DNA of 64,000 nucleotides, taken from Octopus vulgaris (Eukaryota). The position numbers were made by a program, and so were the translations under genes. The stretch is from assembly GCA_951406725.2 (NCBI GenBank), contig OX597814.1:175398001-175462000 (forward strand), in the 5' to 3' direction. The notes beneath the pieces were generated by a model, which saw only the letters and a list, made by a program, of their open reading frames with translations, was not told the DNA's origin and did not search any database. This document shows positions 11,090 to 24,349 of the stretch, piece by piece. Positions within the stretch are counted from its first letter, which is position 1, and each line of letters starts with the position of its first letter.

Positions 11090-11516
11090 TGTGTATGTAT
11101 GAATGTCTCTTCTATTTTTTAATTATTATAAATCTTCAACTGAGGAGGGAACCGGTTTCCAACAAAGATACCGGGCTCCATCCTTGGGATGTAGTTAACA
11201 CAGAAAAATTCACATTTGGAACTTGAGAAAAGCCTTGCATATTTTTACTGTTCCACTCACAGATTGCATTTGTAATGTACAAATCAGCTGGTCGATTTTT
11301 CAATTTGAAAATCCTAGTTTATCCAGATTCTCCTTTAAGCATTTACTAACAAAACCTAGTGCTCCAATTATTATTGGTATGAATATGAATTCATAGTCTG
11401 GATATAGAAGCTGGAGGTTTCGAAGCAGTTGTCCGTAGACATCCTCCTTTTCTTTGATTTTCAAAGAGATATTTATATCTGCAGAGCAGCTGACCTCTAT
11501 GACGGTACATACTTTT
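11090..11516 (-). mobile_element. R4/Dong-type RLE LINE 3' fragment abutting (TATG)n
   Basis: CTVIEVSC.AD.NI..K.KEKEDVYGQLLRNLQLLYPDY.F.FIPIIIGALG, a restriction-like endonuclease C-terminus; homologous to the 12586 and 45170 copies. Confidence 0.85.
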
Positions 11517-11639
11517 ATGTATGTATGTATGTATGTATGTATGTATGTATGTATGTATGTATGTATGTATGTATGTATGTATGTATGTATGTATGTATGT
11601 GTGCCTCTTAGTTCTACTGATAGCATACAACTCAGTATG

Positions 11640-11797
11640 ACCTGTCGCATGATCGATCCCAAAATCTAATTAGTTTGTACCTGTCACGAGGCCAAACGTC
11701 CCTGAAAGTTTCATCCGAATCCACACAGACAAACAAACAAAGAAACGAGACTGAAAACAATACCTCCGCCTTCGCTAAAGCAAGGCGGAGATAATAA
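11640..11797 (+). mobile_element. Helentron/HINE-like non-autonomous element 3' end
   Basis: (ACAA)n/ACAG repeat followed by GAAAACAATAC and a terminal hairpin CTCCGCCTT...AAGGCGGAG (11764-11790). Confidence 0.5.
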
Positions 11798-12246
11798 TAA
11801 TATTATTAAAAGATATCAGTCGTTACTTTTGTATTAAGTCCTTCATTCAGTTAATGTAGGCTGCTTTAGTGCCTATGAAACACACAGACACACACACACA
11901 CACACAGGCACACGCACACATTTATGTACGGGTTATTTATGTCAGATCGGATGAGTGATGCGTCTTCGTGTGGTAAAGAGAGTCTTCTTTGGCAATAAGC
12001 TGATTCGAATGTGCTGAATAAGAAGCCATTATAAGGGCATGATATAAAAAGGGCAGAATGAAAGCCTAGTTAAACTGTATCGATGAGTAAATATTACTCA
12101 TATTCATTAGTATGTTTTTTTATCAACATTGGAGAGGAGTCAACAGACAGGCTTTGGAATTATAACAATGCAGTTTACAATTAACTGCGGAAAGCCACTC
12201 GTCTCAGCATTCTACTGTCGAGAATTCTCCACTACAGTCTCATTAT

Positions 12247-12348
<102 letters not shown>

Positions 12349-12518
12349 ACACACACACGTACGTATGTGTATAATTAATCTAGCCGATACGAAACAGCCT
12401 GTACTCATTCACTCGATTTGCTAAAAATTGCAGTAAAATTTCCTCATATCACATTCTTTGAAGAACAATAAAAGCACATATGTATATGTGTATATATGTA
12501 CATGTGTCTACGTATACT

Positions 12519-12560
<42 letters not shown>

Positions 12561-12585
12561 ATGTACATACATACATACATACATA

Positions 12586-13412
12586 AGTGGAGTTAACATA
12601 AAAAATATCACCCACATCATAAGCTGTTGTCCGAAAATGTCATCATGGTATTATCTACCGATGAGACATGATGTTGTAGCTAGGACGCTATATAATGAAG
12701 TCCGTCGGAAGGATAACCACGAAGACAAAGAAATAAAAACCCACAGCATGGGAGAAGCCGTAGCCACTCATAATAAAAAGGAGTACTGGTGGAATGTCCC
12801 AGTGAAAACCTCAATAATATGTAAGCACAACAGACCTGATATATTGATTTGGGGACAGAGAAAAGAAACTGTACAGTTGTGAAAATTAGTTGCCCAGCTG
12901 ATGTTAACAAAAGTGAGCTATTGAGAAATCTGCGTTGAACTATTGAGAAATCTGCAGTTACTCCATCCAGATTACAAGTTCGGGTTTATGCCTGTAATTA
13001 CTGGAGCACTGGGATATATAACACACTGCTTAAATACCAATCTTGAGAAATTAGGCTTCTCAAAACCAGAAAGGGGAAAGCTGATTCGAAGACTACAGAT
13101 TCAATCTATTACTGGAACTGGAAAAATCTGTAAAACTTTCCAGAAGTTTATCATTTAAGTATATATGAGCATGTCTAGATATGCAAGTATATGCATAAGA
13201 CATACATAAAAACATACAAATCTCCACGTATAATACATACATACATACATACATACATACATACATACATACATACATACATACATACATACATACAAAC
13301 AAACAAAAATATCCTGTTGATGTGTTGAAATTCCAATGAAAGAGCCTTGGATCCAGGTTGGAACCTGGCTCTTTCCCTGTTGGTAAGACATTTTGAAATA
13401 AAACTGAATAAT
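12586..13412 (+). mobile_element. R4/Dong-type RLE LINE 3' fragment following (TACA)n
   Basis: HIISCCPKMS..YYLPMRHD, KHNRPDILIW and PVITGALG motifs with frameshifts. Confidence 0.85.
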
Positions 13413-14602
13413 GACATACATACATGCATACATACATGTGCTCGAACTAATAAGAGCTTCTGTGTGGTTGTTAAGCCAGCTAAATGTAGCAACCTAATAT
13501 TCCTCAAATTATATTTTACTGTGTAAGCCTTTCTCTTTTTCAAAGAGATGGTAGGAGTGGGTTGAGTGAGGTGTGGCTTCTAAATCTAATAATGCAGCGT
13601 AGAGTCTGCTTTTGAATCTGCCGTGGCTACCATGAGAACTTACATCTGTAGAGAAACAGATTGAAGAATGGTAAAAGTTACCATGGTTGCACTGTCACAC
13701 TATACATTAGATGATAGACAAGCCAGTTTGGTCCTATGTTTGGCAGCAATGATCTAGATTTTTGATTGATTACTTATCGGGGAGAAGGAGGTATACATTT
13801 ACTTATTATTTATTTATTCATTATTCAAACTTCAGTTGAAAAAAAGATTGAGGGCTATGCTTGCTACTTTGAATTGTAAATATAAATAAAAATATTGTCA
13901 ATAAATATAACAATCAACCTGTAAGCTTTCGTTAACCAAAACCTAAAATTTTTATGTTATAATAAAATAAATAGCGGGTGAATATATATACGTCGCACTT
14001 GACACTTGATATTCTTCGGTTCAATAAAGGCTGATTTGTGTCTAAATGACAACATTAAGACCGGTATGACATTCTAGAAGAGATGTAATATTATGGAAAC
14101 AAAATATCGATAAGTCAAAGGTATATTAAAACAATTAATCAATAAATTCCACTAGAAAAAAAAATCCGCTGATCAAATTCTTTGTTTTTGGAGATATTAT
14201 AGAAAAAATTATCTCAAAACTACAGGAAGCAAAAATCTAACTGTACATCAATCTTGATTTCTTTTGAATTTAACACAAGAGAAATGAAATTAATCTAGCC
14301 GACACGAAACAGTCTGTACTGAATCACTTGATCTGCTAAAAATTGCAGTAAAAATTTTCATATCACATTCTTTGAAGAACAATAAAAGCAGATTGAATAA
14401 TGTGGCCTTTTGAAGTGTGCCTAGGAAAAGATTGGATCGTCAGAGCTGAAATGTCTTTAAAACTAGATTTGCAAGACCAGGACTGACATTGAGGTAAACG
14501 GCAAAAGCAACAGTAATCAACGTATAGCTTCAGATGACACTTGCTGATATGGTGTTTCCGGCAAAAAGAAAATCCCTTTTCTTTTGACAAAATACGGAAC
14601 TA

Positions 14603-15870
14603 TTGGGTTGTCCGGGAATTTCATGCTGATTTTTAAAGGAAATTAAAAGACAAAACAAAATTACGCCATCAGATTTTATTCAACTAAATATGAACCATTT
14701 TGTTGTACAACCTTTCTCTATCTTTACTTGAACTTAAAGATTCCGTCTTCCCAGAGTTTCGGTAGTTTCTTGATAAAATTCTCATTAAAGTTGTTTTTAT
14801 GTCCTCTAAAGACGCAAAATTTTCAGCATTGAGATTATTTTACAAGGACCTGAATAAATAAAAATTCGAAGGAGCAATGTCTGGTGAATATGGTGGGTGG
14901 GGTAACACATCCTGGCCAAACTTCAACAAATTTTGACGGGTCGCCAAAGAAACGTAGAGTCTGTTATTATCTTGATGGAGACCAATATCTTTTCTGTTCG
15001 CCAATTCTGGGCGTTTTTCTTGAATTGCCGCCTTTAAATCGTCCAGCTGCAAGCAGTGCTTCTCAGAACCAATTGACTGGTTACTTGGCAGAAGCTCATA
15101 GTACAGGATTCCTTCTCAATCCCACTAGATACTGAGCATGACTTTCTTAGGATGAAGATTTGATTTTGGTGTGGCTGAAGGTGGTTCATGTCGCTGAACA
15201 TTGTTGTAAACGATCCATTTCTCATCATCCGTCACAATTTACTTAAAAAAGGGTGTGTTTTTATTGCGTTTATACTGCAAATCACGGATAGAAATGCGAA
15301 TCAAAAGATTCTTTTCACTCAGATCATGTGGTACCCAAGCATCGTAGTGATTTGAGTACCCAAGCTTCACAAAGTACTCATGGATGGTGGCTTTTTATAA
15401 ATTTAGTATTTCTGCCAATTTCTGCGTTGTGTAATGCGGGTTATTCTCAATCAATGTCTTGATTTGGTCGTTATCTGAAGTGGGCGGGGGGAGTCTGCTT
15501 GAGTGTTCTTCATCAATAAGGCTCCAATCACCAACTCTAAACTTAGCGAACCCCTTCCGTACAGTTCTGTCAGCTAAAGCACCATCACCGTACACAACAT
15601 ATATCTTTTTTGTTGCTTGCGAGGCATTTTTGCCTTCATGGTAATAAAAAAAAACATCAAGTGTCTAAAATGCACCTTATGATTCTCCATTTTCCTAAGG
15701 ATGCAAAATTGACATGAATTAAGTAATTTTAAACTTTCTTTCTCAAGAGATAGTTTGGAGTGCGCGCTAACCGGAAATGTAAGCATATTATGTGTCGATA
15801 AATTTGACGTGTTCTAATGTGTTGGAACATGAACGACTAAAAATCAGCACGAACTTTCCGGACAACCCAA
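14603..15870 (-). mobile_element. Full-length decayed mariner (Tc1/mariner) DNA transposon
   Basis: TIRs TTGGGTTGTCCGGGAATTTCATGCTGATTTT / AAAATCAGCACGAACTTTCCGGACAACCCAA; TA target duplication at both ends; ~1.27 kb. Confidence 0.95.
14676..15690 (-). pseudogene. mariner transposase pseudogene
   Basis: MENHKVHFRHL start, WVPHDL, VTDDEKWI, HQDN and PHPPYSPDIAPSN motifs spread across frames with stops; ends QNGSYLVE*. Confidence 0.93.
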
Positions 15871-17064
15871 TAATTTTGTTGATGAAGTGGAATTGTAGTC
15901 GATTGGTATGACTTTAGAATATTATTAGTATTTATTGTATATTGAGAAATGGACGGGCAAGTTGGATATAGTACGCCGGAGGTACAAAAATTTATGCATT
16001 TATCTAATCTGTTTGTCTTTAGCCAGTGCATTTCCATCGCTGTTCTAATTGGAATGATGAAGTGATGTCATTAATCTATGGTATAATGCGTAGATAGCAT
16101 GTATGAGACTCATGGGAATACAGAACAGAATAACATTAACTTAGAACTGAATCAATAATTTAGGAACTTGTACTTACATATTCACCTATCATGAAAGTGT
16201 TATCGTATGATAGTGTCAGTGGAGTAAAAAGAAAAAAAAAACTTGAATTCATTGGCAGCTGTTGGTCTTCCATAAACATACTATATTCAGGCTTGCACGT
16301 TGGAGAAGAAATTTCTGGGTGACAGTTCATAGTTTCTCATGGTACAGGTCCATGGAGGCTATCGATTTATTAATTGAGATAGTAGATGTATATATGTTTT
16401 GTACTTTCCCAAATGAGAAGCACAACGGCATCATCGAAATATGAACTGAAGAACTGGAGATTTTTTTCGTCGTAAGACACACATCTTGGACACTCGTATA
16501 AACACTTGTGATATTATAATATATGTCACGACGAGTTATAAATTTTATGTATGTAAAGCAGAAATAAGTTGTAGTTTTAGAAGTCAATGTAACATAAGAA
16601 AAGAATTATCATTATATTTAATTATCTCATGGATCAATTCCAATATTCGTAGAATTTGAAACTGATTGCATACTACAGATATATTACATTCAGAGTTTGG
16701 AAGGAAACTAATTCTATTAGATTGTTCAATTAAGAATCTGATCTTAAATTAACATTTCAAACAAGAGAATATTTACAGGAAACCTGCAATCAGTTTGACT
16801 AAACATGAATTGCAACATATTATATTCCAATATAGTTGGGGAAATTTAAGATCTTAAGTAATAATTTTGTCGAAGATTTTGCAAGTTTTGTTACATATTC
16901 ACTCCATTATTTGTTTAGAAAACGGCGGCGGAGTGGCAGAATTGTTGGAAAATGCATTGCAGTATCTCTTCTGGCTCTTTACATTCCGAGTTCAAATCCT
17001 GCCGAGGTCAACTTTGCTTTTTTTTCAGGGTCGATAAAATAAAGTACTGTTAGGTATAGGGATC

Positions 17065-17367
17065 GTGGAGGTGCAATGGCCCAGTGGTTAGGGTAGCGGA
17101 CTCGCGGTCGGAGGGTCGCGGTTTCGATTCCCAGACCGCGCGTTGTGTGTGTTTATTGAGCGAAAACACATAAAAAGCTCCACGATGCTCCGGCAGGGGT
17201 TGGTGGCGACCCCTGTTGTACTCCTTCGCAACAACTTTCTCTCACTCTCTCTTGCTGTTTCTTGAATAACGCTGCGATGGACTGGTTTCCCATTCAGCTG
17301 GGAGAAAACATACGCCACAAAAACCGGGAAACCGGGCCCATGAGCCTAGCTAGGCTTGAAAAGGGCG
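17065..17367 (+). mobile_element. SINE family C inserted into a family B SINE
   Basis: tRNA-like head; flanked by a diverged duplication aggtatagggatcg / aggtattggggtcg; family B halves at ~16922-17064 and ~17381-17440. Confidence 0.85.
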
Positions 17368-17637
17368 AAAAAAAAAAGAAAGGTATTGGGGTCGATATTA
17401 TGGATTAAACCTTCGAAATTGCTGGCCTTGTCCCTAAATCATTAATCATTAATCCTTCTACCATAAAATTCCTAAGTTTTTCCTAAGTTATAGGTTTCCT
17501 GTAAATATTCTCTTGTTTGAAATGTTAATTTAAGATCAGATTGAAAGATGGACATGTTGATATTCTAACAAGACGAATGTTTATAAAAATGAAAAAAATA
17601 TTTAACCAAGTCACATTAAGTTTTCTGTTCATTTTTA

Positions 17638-17800
17638 GGCGCAGGACTAGCTGTGGAGTAAGTAGCTTGCTTACCAACCACATGGTTCCGGATTCAGTCC
17701 CACTACGTGGCACCTTGGGCAAGTGTCTTTTACTATAGCCCCGGGCCGACCAAAGCTTTGTGAGTGGATTTGGTAAACGGAAATTGAAAGAAGCCCGTCG

Positions 17801-17871
<71 letters not shown>

Positions 17872-18043
17872 CTATGCTTGTCCCCTCACCATCGCTTGAC
17901 AACCGATGCTGGTGTGTTTATGTCCCCGTAACTTAGCAGTTCGGCAAAAAGAGACCGATAGAATAAGTGCTAGGTTTACAAAGAATAAGTACTGGGGTCG
18001 ATTTGCTCGACTAAAGGCGGTGCTCCAGCATGGCCGCAGTCAA
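17638..18043 (+). mobile_element. SINE family A (tRNA head, CORE-like ACCTTGGGCAAGT, internal microsatellite)
   Basis: GGCGCAGGA...GGTTCCGGATTCAGTCCC head; many homologous copies in the window. Confidence 0.9.
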
Positions 18044-18094
18044 AAAATTATTAAGAGAAACGAACACTTAATCTAGCGAAAAATGTATTGAAAA

Positions 18095-18358
18095 TAACAG
18101 ATATGTATGTATAAACGCCCTCGGGCAAGCTGCGTGGCACACGAATACACACGCTCATACAAGCATTAGCAAAAATGTGAGCATACGCTCACGTGAGGTT
18201 AGGCGCAGTCATGATTACAGATATCTAACTGGCTTTGTAATCATGAGTGCGCCTATCCTCGCGTGTGCCTATGCTCACATTTTTGCTAATGCTTGTATGA
18301 GCGTGTCTACTCGTGCCATGCAGCTTGCCCGAGGGCATTTATGCATACATATCTGTTA
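18095..18358. mobile_element. Palindromic MITE-like element (~125-bp arms, ~16-bp spacer)
   Basis: TAACAGATATGTATG...TGATTACA / TGTAATCA...CATACATATCTGTTA; TA at both ends. Confidence 0.8.
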
Positions 18359-18369
18359 CTCTCTCTCTT

Positions 18370-18565
18370 ACTCTCTTACTTGTTTCAGTCATTTGACTGT
18401 GGCCATGCTGGAGCACCGCCTTTAATCGAGCAACTCGACCCCGGGACTTATTCTTTGTAAGCCCAGTACTTAGTCTATCGGCCTCTTTTTGCCGAACCGC
18501 TAAGTGACGGGGGACGTAAACACACCAGCATCGGTCGTCAAGCAATGCTAGGGGGACAAACACAG

Positions 18566-18598
<33 letters not shown>

Positions 18599-18785
18599 TA
18601 CATATATATATATACATATATACGACAGGCTTCTTTCAGTTTCCGTCTACCAAATCCACTCACAAGGCATTGGTCGGCCCGGGGCTATAGCAGAAGACAC
18701 TTGCCCAAGATGCCGCGCAGTGGGACTGAACCCGGAACCATGTGGTTGGTTAGCAAGCTACTTACCACACAGCCACACCTGCGCC
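18370..18785 (-). mobile_element. SINE family A, full length
   Basis: Reverse-complement homologue of 17638-18043. Confidence 0.9.
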
Positions 18786-18964
18786 TGTTAACGGTTATTT
18801 TCAATACTTTTCTCGCTGGATTCTCTTTTTGTTTTCTGTTATGTTATTTTTGGATCTTCTATATATATGAAGAATTTTCCTCCATCTGGCTGTTTTTTCC
18901 CTCTACAAAACGGAAAGTTGCATTATGGAACAGTCATTTTAACAAGTTCTTTTTTTTATTTATT

Positions 18965-19074
18965 TATTTATCACCCGACGAGATACGTCTACAACACCAG
19001 ATACTCCTGAACTAGTTTTGTGTGTTCCACAAGTGGAGTCGATGCTAGATGTATCGAAACAATTGTGATTAATA
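18965..19074 (+). ncRNA. Hammerhead-like motif with long stem II (slightly decayed)
   Basis: Stem I TATTTATCAC/GTGATTAATA; core CCGACGA (one change from CTGACGA); stem II GATACGTCTA/TAGATGTATC; GAAACAATTG with palindromic stem III. Confidence 0.6.
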
Positions 19075-19196
19075 ATATATTCTCGTATATGCCATCTTCT
19101 GTCTTTCATTTGTTATTTACCTAACGATCACTCTGAAAGTGACCGTGCTTTACCAGTAAGCTACCAGGTGTAAACCATCCGCTTTATTATCCATTT

Positions 19197-19255
<59 letters not shown>

Positions 19256-19371
19256 ATATATATGTATATATGTATGTATATATGCATATGCATATGTATG
19301 TATGTATATATATATATATATATATATATCAATAATTAAGGGTAAAATCAATTAGTTATTGAATGGTATAT

Positions 19372-19435
<64 letters not shown>

Positions 19436-19622
19436 ATATATTCAATAACTAATTGTATATATATATATATATATATAATAAATATAATATAATAATAAAA
19501 AAACCAAGTCTGTGTAGATATATGAGCATTTATAGATAGACGGTCGAATGTTTATAGATAGGTCTATATGTATATATATATATATATGTATATATATATG
19601 TATATATATATATATGTATATA

Positions 19623-19656
<34 letters not shown>

Positions 19657-19690
19657 TATATATATATATGTATGTATATATATATATATG

Positions 19691-19768
<78 letters not shown>

Positions 19769-19908
19769 GCTGTTACGTTACATAAGTAGTTCAGAGACCG
19801 AGAGTATGAAACTTTCTGCTCTGTAATTATGTAATTTATTTATGTAATTTTACGACTGGATGAAAGAATATGTCATTCTTTCTGTCATAATAAATCGTTC
19901 ACTCTCTT

Positions 19909-19944
<36 letters not shown>

Positions 19945-20599
19945 CATGGCGACGTACATATCAGTTGAACGTCTATGTAGTCTTTGATTAGAGTTTCTTA
20001 ACGATCGTGCAATCTTCAAATGCCACGTGAATAAAGGATACTTATAAAAAAACACACCAGCAAAAAAGATCAATAACAAGCTTAGCAATCACATCCAGCT
20101 TTACAGATGAGTATATTACATACTCGAGATGTCAATCACAAAACTCCTATTAGAATTAGACAACACACCCTCACTCGTAACACTCAGTACTATCGAACCG
20201 GATTATCTTTCTTTTAAAAAGAAAGAACTTCATCCTTAAAACAACTATTTCGAGAACACGTGGTTGACGCAAAAATAACAACAATAAATACATTCAACAA
20301 ACTACATACATAGGGTAGTCTTTACTTTCTTCTGTATTTAAAATTCCGAAAGATTAAATTAACACAAGGCGACGAGCTTGTAGAATCGTTATTGTTGTCT
20401 TTGTGTCAGAATCACATGTTCATGAGCGCGCGTTTATGTGTGTTCGTATGTATGTGTTTCTATATATGTGTACATGCATATAAGTCTGTGTATGTGCACT
20501 TTTGTGCGAATATACCATTTTACAGTTTATATTCTTTAATAGACTAAGGCTTAGATAACACACTAGAAAGTGATCTGATATTGATTAAACCACTTAAGG

Positions 20600-20828
20600 C
20601 AGTGATTCTTAATATAGATTCTAATTTTACTCTGGTGGACACTTATAACCATTCGATGTTCAGAAATCCTATTGTATTTTTATCAAATATTATTAGGAAT
20701 TGTATTTAAAAAATTGTTAAAATATTTGGTGTACTGTAGAAATATAAGACATTTATTGTTCATAAATTTGAACAAAAAAATCTTATATGGAACCCAAGAG
20801 CCAAATGGATCTCGATTGAGAACCATTG
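20600..20828. mobile_element. hAT (Charlie-type) MITE
   Basis: TIRs CAGTGATTCTTAA / TTGAGAACCATTG; 8-bp TSD acttaagg / acttgagg. Confidence 0.8.
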
Positions 20829-22331
20829 ACTTGAGGAGTCTCAAAGTGGTTTCAACACGGCTGTTAGAAATAACGGCCAAATTTTCTTTAAATCACACTC
20901 TACTGTCTTAAATGAGGAAGAGCATATAGGTTAATTTAGCTCTAGACATTTGATGCTTGAAAATAAAATGTGAGAGTCACAGCTAGATTGACTTTGATAA
21001 TAAATCTTCTTGATCAAGGCTGAACGTAAAGTAAAGGATTAGTTCTTCGTCGTAGATGCTTTACTGTTTCTAATTTTAAACTTATCTTTCATTTTGCAAC
21101 AATTAAAAGAAATACTTCCTTGTTTACTATAAAAGTCTCCAGACAGTCATGCATAGAAACGAATGGTAATCATCGCAGAAGTTAACTTACCACTCGACGA
21201 AAATAATTCACTAGTCAGTCTTGATCCCTGGTTGGAGCTAATTCATTTTAATTATGTTGTTAATAATGCCATGTGCATCATACATTCTCATTTCTCATTT
21301 CTCTTTAAAACCAGGGAGACTTGTATCTAAGTAAGAAGATATAAGTCATAACTTTAATATATGCGCATAGATTTTTAGATTTTCTTCAAGCCAGTTGTTG
21401 TAATCTAATTCTGTCATGTCAATAATCATAACTATCGCAGAATGACTAATAATTCATTTCTATTCGATTATCACCAACCCTATGGACATAAAAGCATTGT
21501 ATATCTAAAGAGTCTGGAGACAACGTTTATTCAATTTCTATAAGTACCGAGAAAGTGTATTGTGTGTTTTTACTAATCAAACTAGTGTTCGTTGTGAGAT
21601 TCAAGAATTTCGGAGGCAATACGTCAGAGTGATGAATGAGAGACATGACATATATGCTGAGAGGAAAACAGTTTACCATTAAAAAAAAAAAAAAAATTTA
21701 TATAGACCATCAATTGCTTCCAGGCTATTAGGTTCGACAATCCGTGAGGAGAAACCGAATTCTAATAATTCTATTTATTGAAGACAAATATGCCAACACA
21801 TATGCGCATTGAGTAACACACGCTTACAATGGCATTTACTTATGTGTAACCTTAACTATAGAGTACATTTCTTTATATCTGCTTTAATCTATTTCTCGGT
21901 CTCTCACTCACTCTTTATTGTAGTTGTAATAAAAGCGAAAAATTATGACGTTGGAATATTTAAGAGAGAATTTATGACTCATTTTAAAGAGATTTTGGAC
22001 ATTCTTGGGGCAAACTAAACGAAATTTTGCCCTTTATTGATCAAACAAGAATTATTAGATTCATGGGATTAATTTGATGCTATACAGTGGCAAATATTTT
22101 CAGTAAAATCTTGAACGTCTGGATAACGTCATTTCTTGTGGGCATCGCGAAACGTTCATTGCTCGAGTTAACCGATAATTGGACTGGAACTACCTTCGAA
22201 GAAGCCTACATATAGGCGTGTGTAAAGCGTGTAAAATATGCTTAGAAATTCCAATAGACTGATGAATGAAACTATTCGTATCTGCGAGGAATATTGTATA
22301 CCGCTATCCATTGGATATAATATAATATGTA

Positions 22332-22850
22332 CCGTAAATCCTCGAGTATAATCCGCATTTCCCCCCCAAAATTTAAAGGTCAAAATCCCCAGTGCGTACT
22401 ATATACAAGGTTAAAAATGAAAAATATTTTCTAAGCAATGTCCAAGTCTCTATTTGCTGTCCGGCAATGTTTATTCAGACGCATGTTGTGATATCGGGCG
22501 CAAAAATAGCTTAAGCTAAGCCTGAAAGCAATGAAGTCATATAAGAATCATCCATAACTTGCAGTAAGCAACATTGATTAAGATAAAAGTATTCAGAGCA
22601 CAGAATAACATATAACAAAAACAATTTGCAAACATATTTACATTCCCAAATAACAGTTAAGAGCATCACCATTATTGTATTACGATGCACTGTTTTTGTT
22701 CGACTAGGTGCTGCTGGCTTAATTACGCACGACTCAAGTTAGAGAAGTGGTACGTATTATACACAAGGTTTAGGTTTTTCAGAGGTGCAGCCCCCTAAAA
22801 AATCCCCTGCGTATTATACACAAGGGCGGACTATACTTGTGGATTTACGG
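22332..22850. mobile_element. Non-autonomous Tc1/pogo-type DNA transposon
   Basis: TIRs CCGTAAATCCTCGAGTATAATCCGC / GCGGACTATACTTGTGGATTTACGG; TA on the left, TG on the right. Confidence 0.8.
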
Positions 22851-23093
22851 TGTGTAAGAAATGACGTTGAATCATTTTATATTGTAACTATAGTTAATAT
22901 GTGGACGTGGTTAGAAAATACTGTTTGATGACGACAATACAAGAAAAAGAGACGAAATAGTAGAGGAATTTTTAAAAGATGCTTTAATTCGGGAAATGAG
23001 ACATACTTAAAATGTTTCATCTCTTCATTACTTTAAACAACACAGTTGTCTATTTTATGGTATGACTGACTCAAACATTCAATATCAGAACTG

Positions 23094-23131
<38 letters not shown>

Positions 23132-23134
23132 ACA

Positions 23135-23201
<67 letters not shown>

Positions 23202-24349
23202 CACTCTCCTATATGACGTATTTCATTTCACAGAGAGCGCTACTGGAGATTTTTTTTTTAATATTCTAAACATGTTTTGCATAAAAAAAGACTTCTGCAG
23301 CTGTTTTCAACCGCGCTGATCTGTTAAGAAATAATGAATTATATTTAATTATCGCACATTTTTGACGACTGCTCATTTTGTTTTTCACTTCCGATAAAGT
23401 ATTGCTATCCTCTAAATGCACGCCAACTACAGACATTATGTTTAGTATGTTTTTTCCAAGCACGTAATCAGACTGTAATCTTTCGGATTAGCTGTTGTAG
23501 TGAGAATTTTAGTTCTTAATTCCGTTATCCATTCTGATGTTGTTTATAAATCTTGTTGTTATGCTCTAGGTCAACTCTGTTCGAGCCGATCCTCCATCAT
23601 AGGCTTTCCAGTTGTGATTATACTGCTAGTTTTTTTTCAAGTAGAGTATATCTCGGATTACGATACATTATGATAGCAACAATGCTCTTCTAAGGGTTAA
23701 TTGTTCTGCTATCCTATATTTTATCCGTTTTATAAACTAGAGCATTTTCGTGTTATAGCATCATACATTTTTATATCTTTTCAAATAGTTTTCCGTTCTT
23801 ATTTTCATGTGTATTTGTTATGTATGTTTAGTTTCCTGTAATACAGTTCTATCCTTTAAATAGATATTTCTGTCTAAACAACCGTTCATGTTTTTCAATT
23901 TCGCTAGATTAGTTTGGTTTTATTTTACTTTCTCCTTTATTTCCGAAATGTCTGTTTTACTTATATTTTCTAAATGTTATAAAAATTTTTGTTTTCGTTG
24001 TTCTATTCTGTAAATCTTCTCTGCCCGTATCACTAAATATTGACAGTTTCCATATTTTTCTATATTTTCTAATTCAGAGAGAAGTTGATATATTTTCTTA
24101 AAGGCGTATGTAATCATTTTAACCTGACAACCTCTGCAGTATAGATTATCATGTTTTCTTTTTGATGTTTCTGAACTTTTCTCTAGACACTGATACTGAT
24201 GTAACTGGACATATAGTTTTATCAGACATTCATTGATGATGATTATTTTAGAAATAACTTTTTCTTACTTGAACTCTTAAAAATTCGCCTATAGCCTTGT
24301 ATGTCGCTATTTTAATATCTTCTGTGTCAGCATTTTACTGCTTCAGGTT

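Noticed and set aside
17065-17140. tRNA-like sequences at SINE heads
   Set aside because: No complete cloverleaf or acceptor stem, and they continue into SINE bodies; not tRNA genes.
22192-22230. TCGAAGAA-GCCTA CATA TAGGC hairpin, hammerhead-like
   Set aside because: Neither CUGA nor GAAA is present; too degenerate.
23266-23463. Short minus-strand ORF with an acceptor-like TTCTTAACAG
   Set aside because: All frames stop quickly; no recognisable protein.
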